A stretch of 64,000 nucleotides of DNA from Armatimonadota bacterium (GCA_963677485.1 OY781964.1:1376001-1440000); one strand, 5' to 3'. Counted from the stretch's first letter, positions 27,597-38,859 are shown. Program-made: numbers and translations. The notes: generated from the letters alone by a model not told the origin.

Positions 27597-29321
27597 ATGA
27601 GTTTTCGCACAAAAGCCGTGATCACAGCGTTCTCGACAACGCTACTGGTTTTAGCACTGGTATTTTGGGCTCTCTCTCAAGTGGTGTCGTACAGTTTCAG
27701 CCAACTCGAGACGAAGCAGACCAAAAGATCGGTGACCCTCATCATGGGTGCCATCACCGAGGCCCAAAACTCACTCCGATCAACTGTGTCCGACTGGGGT
27801 TTATGGGATGAAACATATGATTTCGTTCTGAAACACCCTCAGAAATATATAGATGAGAACCTTGACGGCAGCTCCCTTCGCAACCTGCAAGTCAGCACCA
27901 TCATCATCACGAACATCAATAAAGAGATCTTATCTACCACCTCCGTAGATGTGAAAACTGGCCGTTGCTATGAGACCCCTTTTGCGACGACACAACGGTG
28001 CCTTACCCTGTTGGACTTCTTCAAGAGCGAGAAACCGGAAGAAACGGTCGCCGGCTTGGTAATGCAGCGCGAAGGCCCCCAAATAGTGGTCGCGGGCCGG
28101 GTGATGCACACGGACCGCAGTGGGCCTCAAGCCGGGTATATCATCATGGCTCGTGAGCTTGATGGCCAGGAACTGACTCGCATCGGGCATGGCATGAGTG
28201 TGGATATCAGCCTTTACACCATACCTTCTGAGCGTGCAACCCTGGAAATCGCCGAAAAAACGGGCATGAACATCAACCAGCCATGGATCAAAACTGTATC
28301 TGAAACCGAGAACATCGGGTACGCCATCATGCCGAGTTATCCAAATGGCACACAGATGCTGATCTGTGTCAGGATGCCGCGTGAACTGCTCATCCATGCT
28401 AATAACAGCCTGCGATGGATGGCCACCATCACCATCTGTATCGGCCTGATTCTGTTGTTCATTCAGATAAAGGTCATTAATCGGATCGTGATCAGCCGCC
28501 TCGATGACATGGGCCATCGGATAATCGACATCGCCCACAAGCAAGACACTAACGATCGCCTGCCGGTAGAAGGTCACGACGAAATCACCAGAGTGGCGCA
28601 GGCCGTCAACTGGATGTTGGATACCCTGCAGCAAAGCAACCAGGACCTTCGAGATGTAAACACCGAACAGCAGGACCTCATCCGCATCATTTCGCACGAC
28701 CTGAAGACTCCGCTGCGCAGCATTGGTTCGCTGGCAGGGATGCTCAGCCAGGACCTGGAAAACCATCTGGACGATGATTCCCGATGGATGCTGGACACTA
28801 TGGTCGCGCGGATGCAGAAGGCCTACAGCCTGATTGATGCCGTGGTCGATTACCAGCAAGCCGGCACACCGCCCAGCTTCCTGGACGAGATCAACTTGAC
28901 GCAGATGCTGAACGACCTATTGCAGATCATGCCTCCGCCTGAGGGTGTTGAGGTGGAGATTCCGCCGCAGATGCCATCCATCAAGGCCAACCGTTCGCGG
29001 ATGGTGAATGTGTTCCGCAATTTACTCACCGATTCGTATGAAACGGTGCCTGCCCCAGGTGGCATCCTCACCTTTAGCTCCGTAGATCAGGGCGATCATT
29101 TTGTCATCACACTGCACAACAACGCAGAAGCGTTGGCCCCGCAATACCATCGCATGGTGTTTGAGGTAATGCGCAGGTTCGAGACTGACGTTAGTGATGA
29201 GGAGATACCGAATATGCTGCTTCCGACCGTTCGCCGCATTATAGAAGCCCATGGCGGCCATGTTTGGCTTGACAGCGCCGAAGGCGAAGGCCGCAGTTTC
29301 CACTTCACCATCCCGAAGTAG
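27597..29321 (+). CDS. CHASE4-HAMP-HisKA sensor kinase with degenerate HATPase domain
   Basis: DWGLWDETYDF (CHASE4), DEITRVA (HAMP), SHDLKTPL H-box; N, G1 and G2 boxes eroded. Confidence 0.85.
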   Translation: MSFRTKAVITAFSTTLLVLALVFWALSQVVSYSFSQLETKQTKRSVTLIMGAITEAQNSLRSTVSDWGLWDETYDFVLKHPQKYIDENLDGSSLRNLQVSTIIITNINKEILSTTSVDVKTGRCYETPFATTQRCLTLLDFFKSEKPEETVAGLVMQREGPQIVVAGRVMHTDRSGPQAGYIIMARELDGQELTRIGHGMSVDISLYTIPSERATLEIAEKTGMNINQPWIKTVSETENIGYAIMPSYPNGTQMLICVRMPRELLIHANNSLRWMATITICIGLILLFIQIKVINRIVISRLDDMGHRIIDIAHKQDTNDRLPVEGHDEITRVAQAVNWMLDTLQQSNQDLRDVNTEQQDLIRIISHDLKTPLRSIGSLAGMLSQDLENHLDDDSRWMLDTMVARMQKAYSLIDAVVDYQQAGTPPSFLDEINLTQMLNDLLQIMPPPEGVEVEIPPQMPSIKANRSRMVNVFRNLLTDSYETVPAPGGILTFSSVDQGDHFVITLHNNAEALAPQYHRMVFEVMRRFETDVSDEEIPNMLLPTVRRIIEAHGGHVWLDSAEGEGRSFHFTIPK

Positions 29322-29442
29322 CGGATGGTGGTGGCACTGTAAAGTAATGATGCGGTCGTAGGGACGCCCCTATGACCAGTCACATACAAGCGCCGCCGAT
29401 GTCGAGAGCGGTCTATCAAACCCACAGCTTCAGGAGGCTCAT

Positions 29443-30027
29443 ATGCCCGAATACCAATATGGACGCATCCGACTACTGCACAATGCACTCATCAAACACA
29501 ACACCCCAGATGAACTGATCGATCAGGTGATGCAGGGCGGTGAGGCGGTATCCAAAACAGCAAAACCGGCTATCAAGACCGCCTGGTTCCGGGGGGCCAT
29601 GGAACGCATGGACCGCCTGATGCCCTTACCGCAGCGTCAGGCGGTTCGGGAATCCTGCGCCTGCTGCCTGAACGGGGAGCGACTGAAAGCCTCCAAGCAA
29701 ATCGCAAAGCGGCACGCCACGCTGGAGGAGCGCATCGATGCCGCCAACCACACGCCGTATGTATTTGGCAACAGTGTGAAGCGAGAAACCGATGGCAGCA
29801 TCACGGTGCGCTTTGAGCCCGAAGGGGCCACCAACACGCGCTGCGTCTGCCTGGGGGCCGTGACTGAGCCCATTTCCGAGAGCTATTGCTTCTGCTGCGG
29901 CGGGCATATCAAGCACCATCTGCAGATCGCACTCGGCGTGAAAGTCACCTGCAAGGTGGTGCATACCGCGCTCACCACCGCCGGCAAACAGGGCTGTACT
30001 TTCAACTACCAGATCATCCCGGAATAG
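29443..30027 (+). CDS. Cys-rich hypothetical protein (possibly DUF6144-like)
   Basis: AGGAGG; CACC, CVC, YCFCCGGH and C-terminal CTF motifs. Confidence 0.7.
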   Translation: MPEYQYGRIRLLHNALIKHNTPDELIDQVMQGGEAVSKTAKPAIKTAWFRGAMERMDRLMPLPQRQAVRESCACCLNGERLKASKQIAKRHATLEERIDAANHTPYVFGNSVKRETDGSITVRFEPEGATNTRCVCLGAVTEPISESYCFCCGGHIKHHLQIALGVKVTCKVVHTALTTAGKQGCTFNYQIIPE

Positions 30028-30030
30028 CCC

Positions 30031-30915
30031 ATGCGACTGGTGCCCGCCAAGACCATCGTCACCCGCACGAAATGCCCCGAGCAATGGTTCGGCTGCCACT
30101 ACAACATGAACCTGTATCGGGGCTGTTCGCACGGCTGCATCTATTGTGACAGCCGGAGCCAGTGCTACCGCGTGGAGAACTTCGATGAGGTGAACGCCAA
30201 GCAGGACGCCCTGTCGATCGTGGAACGCGAACTCTCCGGCAAGCGAAAACCGGGCGTGGTGGGCACCGGAGCAATGAGCGACCCCTACAACCCGCACGAA
30301 GCAGAGCTAAAGCTGACCCGCGGCGCGCTGAAACTGATCCTGCAGCACCGGTTTGGCATCCACCTCGTGACCAAGGGCACGCTTGTGGTGCGCGACCTGG
30401 AGCTGTTACAGGCCATCGGCAAGCAGTACCGCGCCGATGTTTGTATCACCATCACCACCCCCCACGATGAGATCGCCGCAAAGATCGAGCCGAACGCCCC
30501 CAGCAGCTCCGCACGGTTTGATGCGCTCGAAGCGCTTGCACACGCGGATGTCTACTGCGGCATAACCCTCATGCCCATCCTGCCGCTTCTCACCGACTCC
30601 CCGGAGGATATCCGGCTGCTGGTGCGGCGGGCTGCCGACTGCGGGGTCAACTTCATTCACCCCTGGTTTGGGATGTCGCTGCGAATCGGCCAGCGGGAGC
30701 ACTATTACCGGCAGTTAGACAGGCTCTGGCCCGGACTGCGCAGGCAATACGAAGTGACGTACGGCGATCGTTATATGTGCGATTCCCCGCGTAGTTCAGA
30801 GTTATGGGATGTGTTCACACAGGAGTGCCGCCGGGCAGGTATCGTCTGGCGGATGGAGGATATCATCGAGGCGGCCGGCGCTTGGGCTCAGCCCCAGCAG
30901 CTCAGCCTGTTTTAA
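30031..30915 (+). CDS. Radical SAM protein, spore photoproduct lyase-like/Rv2578c-type
   Basis: NLYRGCSHGCIYCDSRS (CxxxCxxC), SDPY, C-terminal QLSLF. Confidence 0.88.
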   Translation: MRLVPAKTIVTRTKCPEQWFGCHYNMNLYRGCSHGCIYCDSRSQCYRVENFDEVNAKQDALSIVERELSGKRKPGVVGTGAMSDPYNPHEAELKLTRGALKLILQHRFGIHLVTKGTLVVRDLELLQAIGKQYRADVCITITTPHDEIAAKIEPNAPSSSARFDALEALAHADVYCGITLMPILPLLTDSPEDIRLLVRRAADCGVNFIHPWFGMSLRIGQREHYYRQLDRLWPGLRRQYEVTYGDRYMCDSPRSSELWDVFTQECRRAGIVWRMEDIIEAAGAWAQPQQLSLF

Positions 30916-31298
30916 CCCATATAACGCAACCGCTAGACACCTTCATGCGCCATCACATCAGCAGCGCCGGTCTTCCCAGCCTCCTTCAGCATCGTCATCC
31001 TCAGCCACAGCCGCGGCATCGGCAGCCTGCTTCAGCAGGCCTGAATCGTCAATAGACTGGTCATTAAGCCGTGGTAGCACCCACAGATGTCTCAATCGGC
31101 ATCCTATACCGATATCTCCTTGCACTGCAGTAGTAATATCCGCTGGCGCCCCCGTCGACATTACGGTGACGACTCGTTACACTGCTATGTAGTCTGTGGC
31201 ATGATGCATTCCACCCACCGGCACTGCGGCAGGTGGGCCGGATGTCGGAGTACGAACGGCTGCTGTAGCGCAGACAGAAGAAAGTGGCATAGTCACAC

Positions 31299-34200
31299 AT
31301 GAAGATCATTGACGATAAAATCAAGCGAACACTTACCGACACCGTCAATCCTGCGAAGTTCGCACTGGCTGCTCAGATTCGCACCAACGATCTAGCGAAA
31401 AACTTCGTCACGCCGCCGGCCTCCGCGCGGCCATGGGTTTTCTGGTTCTGGATGAACGGCAATATCACCAGCAATGGCATCACCGCCGACTTGGAGGCGA
31501 TGCAGCGTGTCGGCATCGGCGGGGTGCTCCTCATGGATGTGAATGACGATAATCCGCAGGGGCACGTCAAATACGGGGGAAAGGAGTGGTATTCCATGGT
31601 GAAACATGCCGCGCAGGAAGCCAGCCGATTGGGTCTCGAAATCGACATTTACAACTGCGGCGGTTACACCTCCAGCGGCGGGCCATGGACGACGGTAGAT
31701 CACGCGATGCAGACCCTTGTCACGAGTGAAAAGAGAGTACACGGGCCGATGGTTTTCAATGATGTTTTACCGTCGCCGCCGAAGAACGTGGACACTTACC
31801 ACGACATCGCGGTACTGGCCTTCCGTTCGCCGAAGGATGAGGTGATGAGTGCGCAGGAATTCGCGCCGAAGGTGACCGCGAGTGTGGCACTGGGCGAGGA
31901 CCGTAAAGGCGGGGCTGGCAAGCTCAACACAGCGGTGATTTTCCCACCGATAAAACAAGGCGATTTTCCGCATTACATCCAGTTTGAGTTCGCCAAACCG
32001 TATACCGCACGCCAATTGGCTATGCAGCCGGGGATGGCGGGGTATATCTATAACGGGCATGGAACAATTGAGATTTCCGACGATGGTCAGGCTTTTCGAA
32101 CTGTGACGGCGTTCAGTTTGTCGCTGGGGCAGGAAAAACAGACCATCAATTTCGCACCAGTTTCCGCCCGATTCTATCGAGTGATGTTCACAGATTTTTC
32201 GACATGGCCGAACGGACTGGTACTCGACTCTGTGGATATGACAACGAACTTGGGTATCAACAATCTTACGGACAAAGTGTTTACGAACATTGCCGATCAG
32301 GCGTTATATGATCAGGCTGGCGTTGGCAACCCGGCGGATGCGGCGACCTTTTCGCCGGATCAGGTTGTGGGACGGACGGATGTCGTCGAGCTGACCAGCC
32401 GTCTTGGGGCGGATGGCAAGCTGCGCTGGGATGTGCCGGTGGGTGACTGGATTATTTTACGCGTTGGCTATACGCCTACCGGGGTAGTCAATCACCCGGC
32501 GGGTAAAGAAGGAACGGGGCTGGAGTGTGACAAGTTAAGCCGTGAAGCGGTGGAAGCCCACTGGACAGGACTGATGGACAAGGTGATCAGGGAGATGGGG
32601 CCGCTGGTGGGCAAGAGCCTCAACGCGGTTCACATTGACAGTTGGGAAGTCGGCTCACAGAACTGGACACCAAAATTCCGAGAAGAATTTCAAAAGCGGC
32701 GAGGATATGACCTGCTGCCCTTCCTGACGGTATTACGGGGGCGGGTGGTGGATAGCCCGGAAGTGAGCGAGCGTTTCTTGTGGGATTTCCGGCGCACGAT
32801 TGGTGATATGTTTGCGGAGAATTATTCCGGCGTCATCGCAGAACTGGCCCATAGGAACGGCCTGCTATTTTCGATCGAGCCTTATCCCGCTTGTCCGACG
32901 GATGAACTGAAATACGGCAGTTACGCCGACATTCCCATGAGCGAGTTTTGGGCCGGCTCCAGCGGCGGCGGCAACGAACTGGCGGCCTCCATCGCGCATG
33001 TGTATGGTCGAAAAATTGTTGGTGCGGAAGCTTTCACGGCCACTCCGGAAGAAGGAAAATGGTTAACCGATCCTTTCTCACTCAAGGCGACAGGCGACCA
33101 GGCCTGGTGCTCCGGCGTCAATCGCCTCATTATTCATCGCTATGCTCACCAACCGTGGACACAGCCAGCGCATTATCCCGGCATGACGATGGACTGGTGG
33201 GGTACACATTTTGAGCGCACCATTACCTGGTGGGAACAAAGCCGGGCATGGCTGCATTATCTCGCCCGCAGCCAGTATTTGCTGCAACAGGGCCTATTTG
33301 TCGCCGATGTCTGCGTCTTCGTCGGTGATGGCGTGCCGAACAGCTTTAAGCGCATTGAGCTGCCAGTCGGCTACGCGTATGATGGCTGTAACGCCGATGC
33401 GCTCAAGCTCATGTCTGTGAAGAATGGGAGGCTGGTGCTGCCGTCCGGCATGAGTTACAGGATGCTGGTCTTACCGTCTGCTGCTACCATGACCGTGCCA
33501 ACGCTCCGAAAGATCAAGCAGCTGGCGGACGCCGGCGCGTTGATAGTCGGTCCAAGACCCACGCGCGCGCCAGGTCTCACGGACTATCCGAAGTGTGACA
33601 ACGAGGTTAAGCAACTGGCGGACGCCACGAAAATAACCTCAGACCGATCCCCGAGCGAAGCGCTGACCACCATTGGGCTCAAACCCGATTTTGAGTATTC
33701 GGTCAAAGCTGGATCGAAGCTGGCTTTTATCCATCGTCAGACAGACGAGGCAGACATTTACTTCGTCTCCAACCAGAGGGAGCAGTTTGATTCCGTGGAA
33801 TGCACTTTCCGGGTGGCAGGCAAAGTACCGGAACTCTGGTATCCAGACACCGGACGCATCGAGTCATCGCCATCGCTCTGGCGTGAGACCGGTGGGCGTA
33901 TCGTCATGCCGTTACAGTTCGATCCGGCGGGTTCGGTATTTGTTGTGTTCCGCAAGCGTGCGGTGAAGGTCGATCCTATTGTGTCTATATCTCGCGATGG
34001 CGCAACACTGTATCCCATGTCGAAAAAGACGCCGAAGGTCATCGTGCGGAAAGCCACCTACGGAGTGACCGGCCGGATTCGGGATGTGCGGGTCAAGGTG
34101 CAGGTTATGGTGGATTCGGGGCGACCGACTTTTGGGGTTGCCGAAATGGCTGTGGGTGACGATCCTGCGCCGCAGGTGGTGAAGACGCTGGTGGTGGAAT

Positions 34201-35009
34201 ACTCCGTTAATGGGAAAGTCTATGTTGCCCAAGGCGCAGATGGAGCAACTGTCAGTCTGGACGACAAAACGATGGTTGATCCTGCCCGTTTCGTGGACGT
34301 GCACACTGCGCCGGACGGCAACTGGTGGCTTGAGGCACGGCAGGCAGGGCGATACGACCTGAAGACGGCGTCAGGTCGCACACTGCATGGCAAAATCGCC
34401 ACTCCGCAGCCAATGTTGATCGCCGGCCCCTGGCAAATCAGCTTCGATCCGAAATGGGGTGGGCCGGCCAGGCCGGTGGTTTTTGAGCGGCTTGAAGACT
34501 GGAGCCAACGACCGGAAAAAGGCATTCGCTATTACTCCGGCACCGCAACCTATGTCAAGGAAGTGGAGTTGCCAGCGGTGCTGTTCGAAAAAGGATGTTC
34601 GCTCTCGCTGGATTTGGGATTGGTGAAAAACATCGCCGAGGTCTTTTTGAACGGTAAACCGCTGGGCATTTTGTGGAAGCCGCCGTTCCGGGCAGAGCTC
34701 GCCGGCGCGGCCCGGCCTGGCAAAAACAGACTCGAGATCAAAATCACCAATCTTTGGCCGAACCGGCTGATTGGCGACGAACAACTGCCTCCAGACTGCG
34801 AATGGAGGGCCTCTCACTGGACGGGTAGCACTTCGTCAACGGGTCTGAAGGCGTGGCCGAAATGGCTGCTGGAAAACAAACCCAGCCCTTCAGGCCGGTT
34901 GACCTTCTCCACCTGGCATCACTGGAAAAAGGATGATGCCCTTCTGCCCTCCGGCCTGCTTGGACCGGTGACCGTGCAAGCGGCAGTGCAAGTTCAAGTG
35001 AAGCCTTGA
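31299..35009 (+). CDS. Glycoside hydrolase family 106 (alpha-L-rhamnosidase-like)
   Basis: PPASARPWVFWFWMNGN...DLEAM..VGIGG, HIDSWE, AEAFT, N.WPNRLIGD, SGLLGPV. Confidence 0.88.
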   Translation: MKIIDDKIKRTLTDTVNPAKFALAAQIRTNDLAKNFVTPPASARPWVFWFWMNGNITSNGITADLEAMQRVGIGGVLLMDVNDDNPQGHVKYGGKEWYSMVKHAAQEASRLGLEIDIYNCGGYTSSGGPWTTVDHAMQTLVTSEKRVHGPMVFNDVLPSPPKNVDTYHDIAVLAFRSPKDEVMSAQEFAPKVTASVALGEDRKGGAGKLNTAVIFPPIKQGDFPHYIQFEFAKPYTARQLAMQPGMAGYIYNGHGTIEISDDGQAFRTVTAFSLSLGQEKQTINFAPVSARFYRVMFTDFSTWPNGLVLDSVDMTTNLGINNLTDKVFTNIADQALYDQAGVGNPADAATFSPDQVVGRTDVVELTSRLGADGKLRWDVPVGDWIILRVGYTPTGVVNHPAGKEGTGLECDKLSREAVEAHWTGLMDKVIREMGPLVGKSLNAVHIDSWEVGSQNWTPKFREEFQKRRGYDLLPFLTVLRGRVVDSPEVSERFLWDFRRTIGDMFAENYSGVIAELAHRNGLLFSIEPYPACPTDELKYGSYADIPMSEFWAGSSGGGNELAASIAHVYGRKIVGAEAFTATPEEGKWLTDPFSLKATGDQAWCSGVNRLIIHRYAHQPWTQPAHYPGMTMDWWGTHFERTITWWEQSRAWLHYLARSQYLLQQGLFVADVCVFVGDGVPNSFKRIELPVGYAYDGCNADALKLMSVKNGRLVLPSGMSYRMLVLPSAATMTVPTLRKIKQLADAGALIVGPRPTRAPGLTDYPKCDNEVKQLADATKITSDRSPSEALTTIGLKPDFEYSVKAGSKLAFIHRQTDEADIYFVSNQREQFDSVECTFRVAGKVPELWYPDTGRIESSPSLWRETGGRIVMPLQFDPAGSVFVVFRKRAVKVDPIVSISRDGATLYPMSKKTPKVIVRKATYGVTGRIRDVRVKVQVMVDSGRPTFGVAEMAVGDDPAPQVVKTLVVEYSVNGKVYVAQGADGATVSLDDKTMVDPARFVDVHTAPDGNWWLEARQAGRYDLKTASGRTLHGKIATPQPMLIAGPWQISFDPKWGGPARPVVFERLEDWSQRPEKGIRYYSGTATYVKEVELPAVLFEKGCSLSLDLGLVKNIAEVFLNGKPLGILWKPPFRAELAGAARPGKNRLEIKITNLWPNRLIGDEQLPPDCEWRASHWTGSTSSTGLKAWPKWLLENKPSPSGRLTFSTWHHWKKDDALLPSGLLGPVTVQAAVQVQVKP

Positions 35010-35348
35010 GCAACATAACTGCTGACAGCGCCTGCATAGAACGCTCATGCGGCTGCATCTGCGCTGCCCGTTCAGATTCGGGCTAACGAGCAGCAGAATC
35101 GCATCGGCACCCCGCCGCCTTCGGCGGGGTGCTCGCATCGGAATGACTCTCATCGCATCGGGGGTCTTCCCCCGGTGTGGCATAGTCCTTGCGGAAATCA
35201 TCCCATCAGCACCGAAATCCACTTAGTAATTGATGATGTGACCAGATACACTAATATTAACGTGTCGCAGTGCCTGCTCTGAAGACGTCTAGCACAGAAA
35301 CACGAATCACTTTTTCGAACTCTAAATTCACTATTTTGGGGGTCACAC

Positions 35349-36299
35349 ATGACACCACGAGAGCGTTTCATCAAGGCCTTAACACGCCAGCCGCTGACCG
35401 GCCGAGTGCCGCATTTTGAACTTGTCTTCTACCTGACCATGGAGGCCCTGGGCAAGGTGCATCCCACCCACCGATCCTTCAGCCAGTGGACACAGATGTC
35501 GGAACACGAGCGGCAGCTCCAGCGCGAGGATATCGCCCGCACCTACATCATGAGTGCCGAAAAGTATGAGCACTCCGCGATCTTCGTGCAGGCGGACCCA
35601 GGTGCCCCAGAGACCTTCCACATTATCGACGAAATCCGAAAGCAGAGCGGAGACACCTACTTCATCATGCTGCATGGCGACACCACCTTCGCCATCCCTG
35701 ACGGCAACAGCATGGTGGATTTCAGTATCCGCATGTCGGATGACCCCGAAGGGTTGCTCGATGATGCGCAGAGGAATGTTGACCACATGGTGGCAGTGGC
35801 GGAAAAATGGCAGGCGCACGGCGGTCTAGACGGCTTCGCTCTGTGCAGCGATTACTGCCTGAATACCGGCCCGTTCATGAGCCCGCGCCTGTTCAGCAAG
35901 TTCGTCACCCCCTATCTGAAGCAGACCATCGATGCCTTCCGTTCGCTGGGCTTCTATTCGATCAAGCATACCGATGGTAATATCATGCCCATCCTGGACC
36001 AGATGGTCTCCTGCAAACCGGATGCGCTGCACTCCATCGACCCACAGGCTGGTGTAGACATCGCCGAGGTGAAGCGGCTGTATGGCGATCAGCTCTGCCT
36101 GATCGGTAATGTGAACTGCGGCCTGCTGCAAAATGGTACCGATGAGCAGGTGGTGGAAAACACACGCTACGCGCTGCAAAGCGGTATGCCCGGCGGAGGG
36201 TATATCTTCAGCACCAGCAACTGCGTCTACACCGGCATGGACCTTAGCCGGTATGAGCTGATGCTGGACGTCTGGCGCCGCGAGGGCAACTACGCCTGA
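35349..36299 (+). CDS. Uroporphyrinogen decarboxylase / MtaA-CmuA family protein
   Basis: MTPRER, SDY, HTDGNI.PIL, LIGNV, GGGYIFSTSN. Confidence 0.85.
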   Translation: MTPRERFIKALTRQPLTGRVPHFELVFYLTMEALGKVHPTHRSFSQWTQMSEHERQLQREDIARTYIMSAEKYEHSAIFVQADPGAPETFHIIDEIRKQSGDTYFIMLHGDTTFAIPDGNSMVDFSIRMSDDPEGLLDDAQRNVDHMVAVAEKWQAHGGLDGFALCSDYCLNTGPFMSPRLFSKFVTPYLKQTIDAFRSLGFYSIKHTDGNIMPILDQMVSCKPDALHSIDPQAGVDIAEVKRLYGDQLCLIGNVNCGLLQNGTDEQVVENTRYALQSGMPGGGYIFSTSNCVYTGMDLSRYELMLDVWRREGNYA

Positions 36300-36376
36300 A
36301 CCCGTTAGCAGAGTTATGATGAGGCGACAATGTGATGTACGAATAGCTGTTCGCCTCTATTGCCGACAAGTTTTGC

Positions 36377-36542
36377 CTATGTCCGGGGCGGTCTGTGCGC
36401 AGGCTAGCGGATGCAGAAGGCTCAAGACCGCGCCGGTCTGGCGGATAGCCCTGAAAGATTTGTGTCACGAACCAGACCGGCGCGGTCTATAGACAGTGGC
36501 CTCCGCAGGCGTACTGACAGACCGCCCCGGACATAGCCAACC
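36377..36542. repeat. agaccggcgcggtct / agaccgccccggac repeat copies in inverted arrangement
   Basis: Reverse complement matches 10380-10500. Confidence 0.8.
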
Positions 36543-36687
36543 AAGTGACGCACAACCGCCAGCGCTACCCCTGGCTATAAGAATCATACCCACTCCGTGG
36601 ATGCACGCATGGATGCCAATTGGCAACAGATAATATGCGGTACAGGTATTTGTCGGAACCATCTAATGTCCGAGAATTTTCGATGAG

Positions 36688-38847
36688 GTGAACAGAATCG
36701 CTATGAAGAGGCTCTATCCCGTGCAGCAGCTGCTGATCCGCACCCACGGACTGGTGAGTGACCATCGTCTAGCCGATTATCTGAAGGTATCGGAGGCGGA
36801 GCTGGATTCGTTACGCGAACCACTGGCTCTGCCGGATATGGAGATGGAACAGCCGGATCGGGCCTTTCCCATCGTCATGCGGCGTCTGCATGACCTCATT
36901 CCCGAACAGCAGATCGCCCTTCTTCTGGGCTTGAGCCTGGATGATTGCCGACAGATGGCGCTCGATATGGACTTTCTGGACGTCAAACTGGGTGCCCGGC
37001 CCGATGCTTACCCTCACATCCGGCTCAATGAGCCTGGGTTGGAGGAGGCCGCCCTCGACTTTGTCAGCGGATGCCGCGGGCAAATGCGACTGGTCCAGAA
37101 CGGGGAACGGCCCTTCGCTTTCCTGAAAGAGCTCAGCATCGAAGAGCCATGCCCGACGCCCGCCCCTGAGGGCGAATCGTGCTTGGGAATCCGCATGATG
37201 CACAGTTATACCGGCTCCCACGGGGACTTCCTGTTGCATGGCGAGGAGTTCTACAACGCGGGCATACTCAGCCGGATGCGGAACCGCGGTGTCAACGCAG
37301 GATGGATGCCGGCACTGCTTCGCGATATGGCGCCGACGAAGATCTTCCCTGAGTTTGGCCACGGTCACGAAACCCGCATCGCAAACCTGCGCCTTCAGGT
37401 GGCGAAAGCGGCCCAGTATGGCATCAAGCTGTTCCTCTATTTCAATGAGCCGCGCTTCATGCCGGAAGCCTTTTTCGAAGCACACCCTGAAGCGCGAGGT
37501 ATGCCCGCCGCTCAGCCTGGCTATTATGGCCTGTGTACATCCAACACGCTGGTTCGCGAGTGAATGCAGCAGTCCGTCGCCTATCTGTTCGAGGCGGTGC
37601 CTGATCTTGGCGGAGTGGTGTTGATCACCGCTTCGGAGAATTCCACCAACTGTTACAGCCATCGGGTAGCCGCCGACCCCAACGCTTGCCCGCGATGTGC
37701 GGCCCGCGGGGCCGACGCCGCGTTGTCCGACTGTGCGAACCTGATGGACGCAGGTATTGAGCAGTCCGGATCCAAAGCCGAAGTGATCCAATGGCTGTGG
37801 GGATGGGATGGGATGCTTGGGGAGGAGGGCACGCTGAAGGCAGTTGACCTGCTGCGGCCTGAGGTGCGGGTGATGGTGGACTGGGCGAAGAACACCCCCT
37901 TTGAGCTGTTCGGCGAGAAAGCCAGCATCGGCGAGTATACACTGGCGTACGTGAAACCCTCCGAGTTTTCGCAACGGCTAATCGCGAAGCTGCGCTCGCA
38001 GGGTCGAAAGGTGCTGTCGAAGTGCGCACTGGTCTCCACCGTCGAGATGAACGCGCTGCCGTATCTTCCCGTGATGATGAACGCTCAGAAGCTGCTCACC
38101 GAGCACGTGCAGCGGCAGATGGACGGTCTGCTGTGCTGCTGGATTTTCGGTGCCTACCCGGGCCGCAGCATGGAGTTGCTGGCGCACCTCTCAGATGCTC
38201 AACCGGCACAGGCGTTAGCATCCAAGTATTACGGGGCCGCAGCGGATCATGCACTGAAAGCGTGGCAGTGCTTCTCAGACGGCATGGCCAACTATCCCAC
38301 GGTGGTGCCGGTGCTCTATTTCAGCGCGGTCAACCCGGGGCCCGGACTGGAGTTCCCACTCACACCTGAGCCCTGGCGGTGGGGCATGGTCGCCATGGCC
38401 ACCGAACGCCTGGCTGAGGCCTCGCACCCCTTCAGCCCGGAGGTGGTGATCAAGGGATTCCGTAAATTTGCGGAGAGTTTTGCGGAAGGTCTACGGCACA
38501 TGGCCGACGCGGTGCGTCTAGCAGACCGCCCCGAGTGGGCAGAGGAGAACCAGCGTGACCTGGGCATCTGCCAGGCCTGCTGGCACCATTTCAACACCGC
38601 CGCGAATTACTCGCAGTTTATCCTCACGCGTAACCGCTGGCTGGCGAACCCGGAAGATGCTGGCTTACAGGCGGAGGTGCGTGGTCTTCTGCAGGCTGAG
38701 CTTGAAAACGCCGAGGGCATGCTACCGCTCGCTGCGGCCGACTCGCGCATGGGCTACGAGGGCTCCATCGGCTACTTCTACACGCCGATGGAGATTGTGG
38801 AGAAAATCCACGACCTTCGCTGCAGCATCGCGGAGCTGGGTGGATAG
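36688..38847 (+). pseudogene. About 720-codon TIM-barrel/glycoside-hydrolase-like gene interrupted by one in-frame TGA (37561-37563)
   Basis: Two same-frame ORFs abut: ...GLCTSNTLVRE*MQQSVAYLFEAVPDLGG...; the domain reads straight through the stop. Confidence 0.75.
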
Positions 38848-38859
38848 CCTGGCCGAGTA

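Noticed and set aside
30916-31298. Small gene or pseudogene between the radical SAM and GH106 genes
   Set aside because: Short ORFs on both strands have no recognisable motif or convincing start.
35010-35200. Integron attC site after the GH106 gene
   Set aside because: No convincing RYYYAAC...GTTRRRY pair with complementary arms and no integrase; only a GC hairpin at about 35107-35132.
36688-38847. Genome-wide TGA-to-Trp recoding
   Set aside because: TGA terminates many well-defined genes here (aroB, aroK, phosphomutase, GH106, MNT) and Trp is encoded by TGG.
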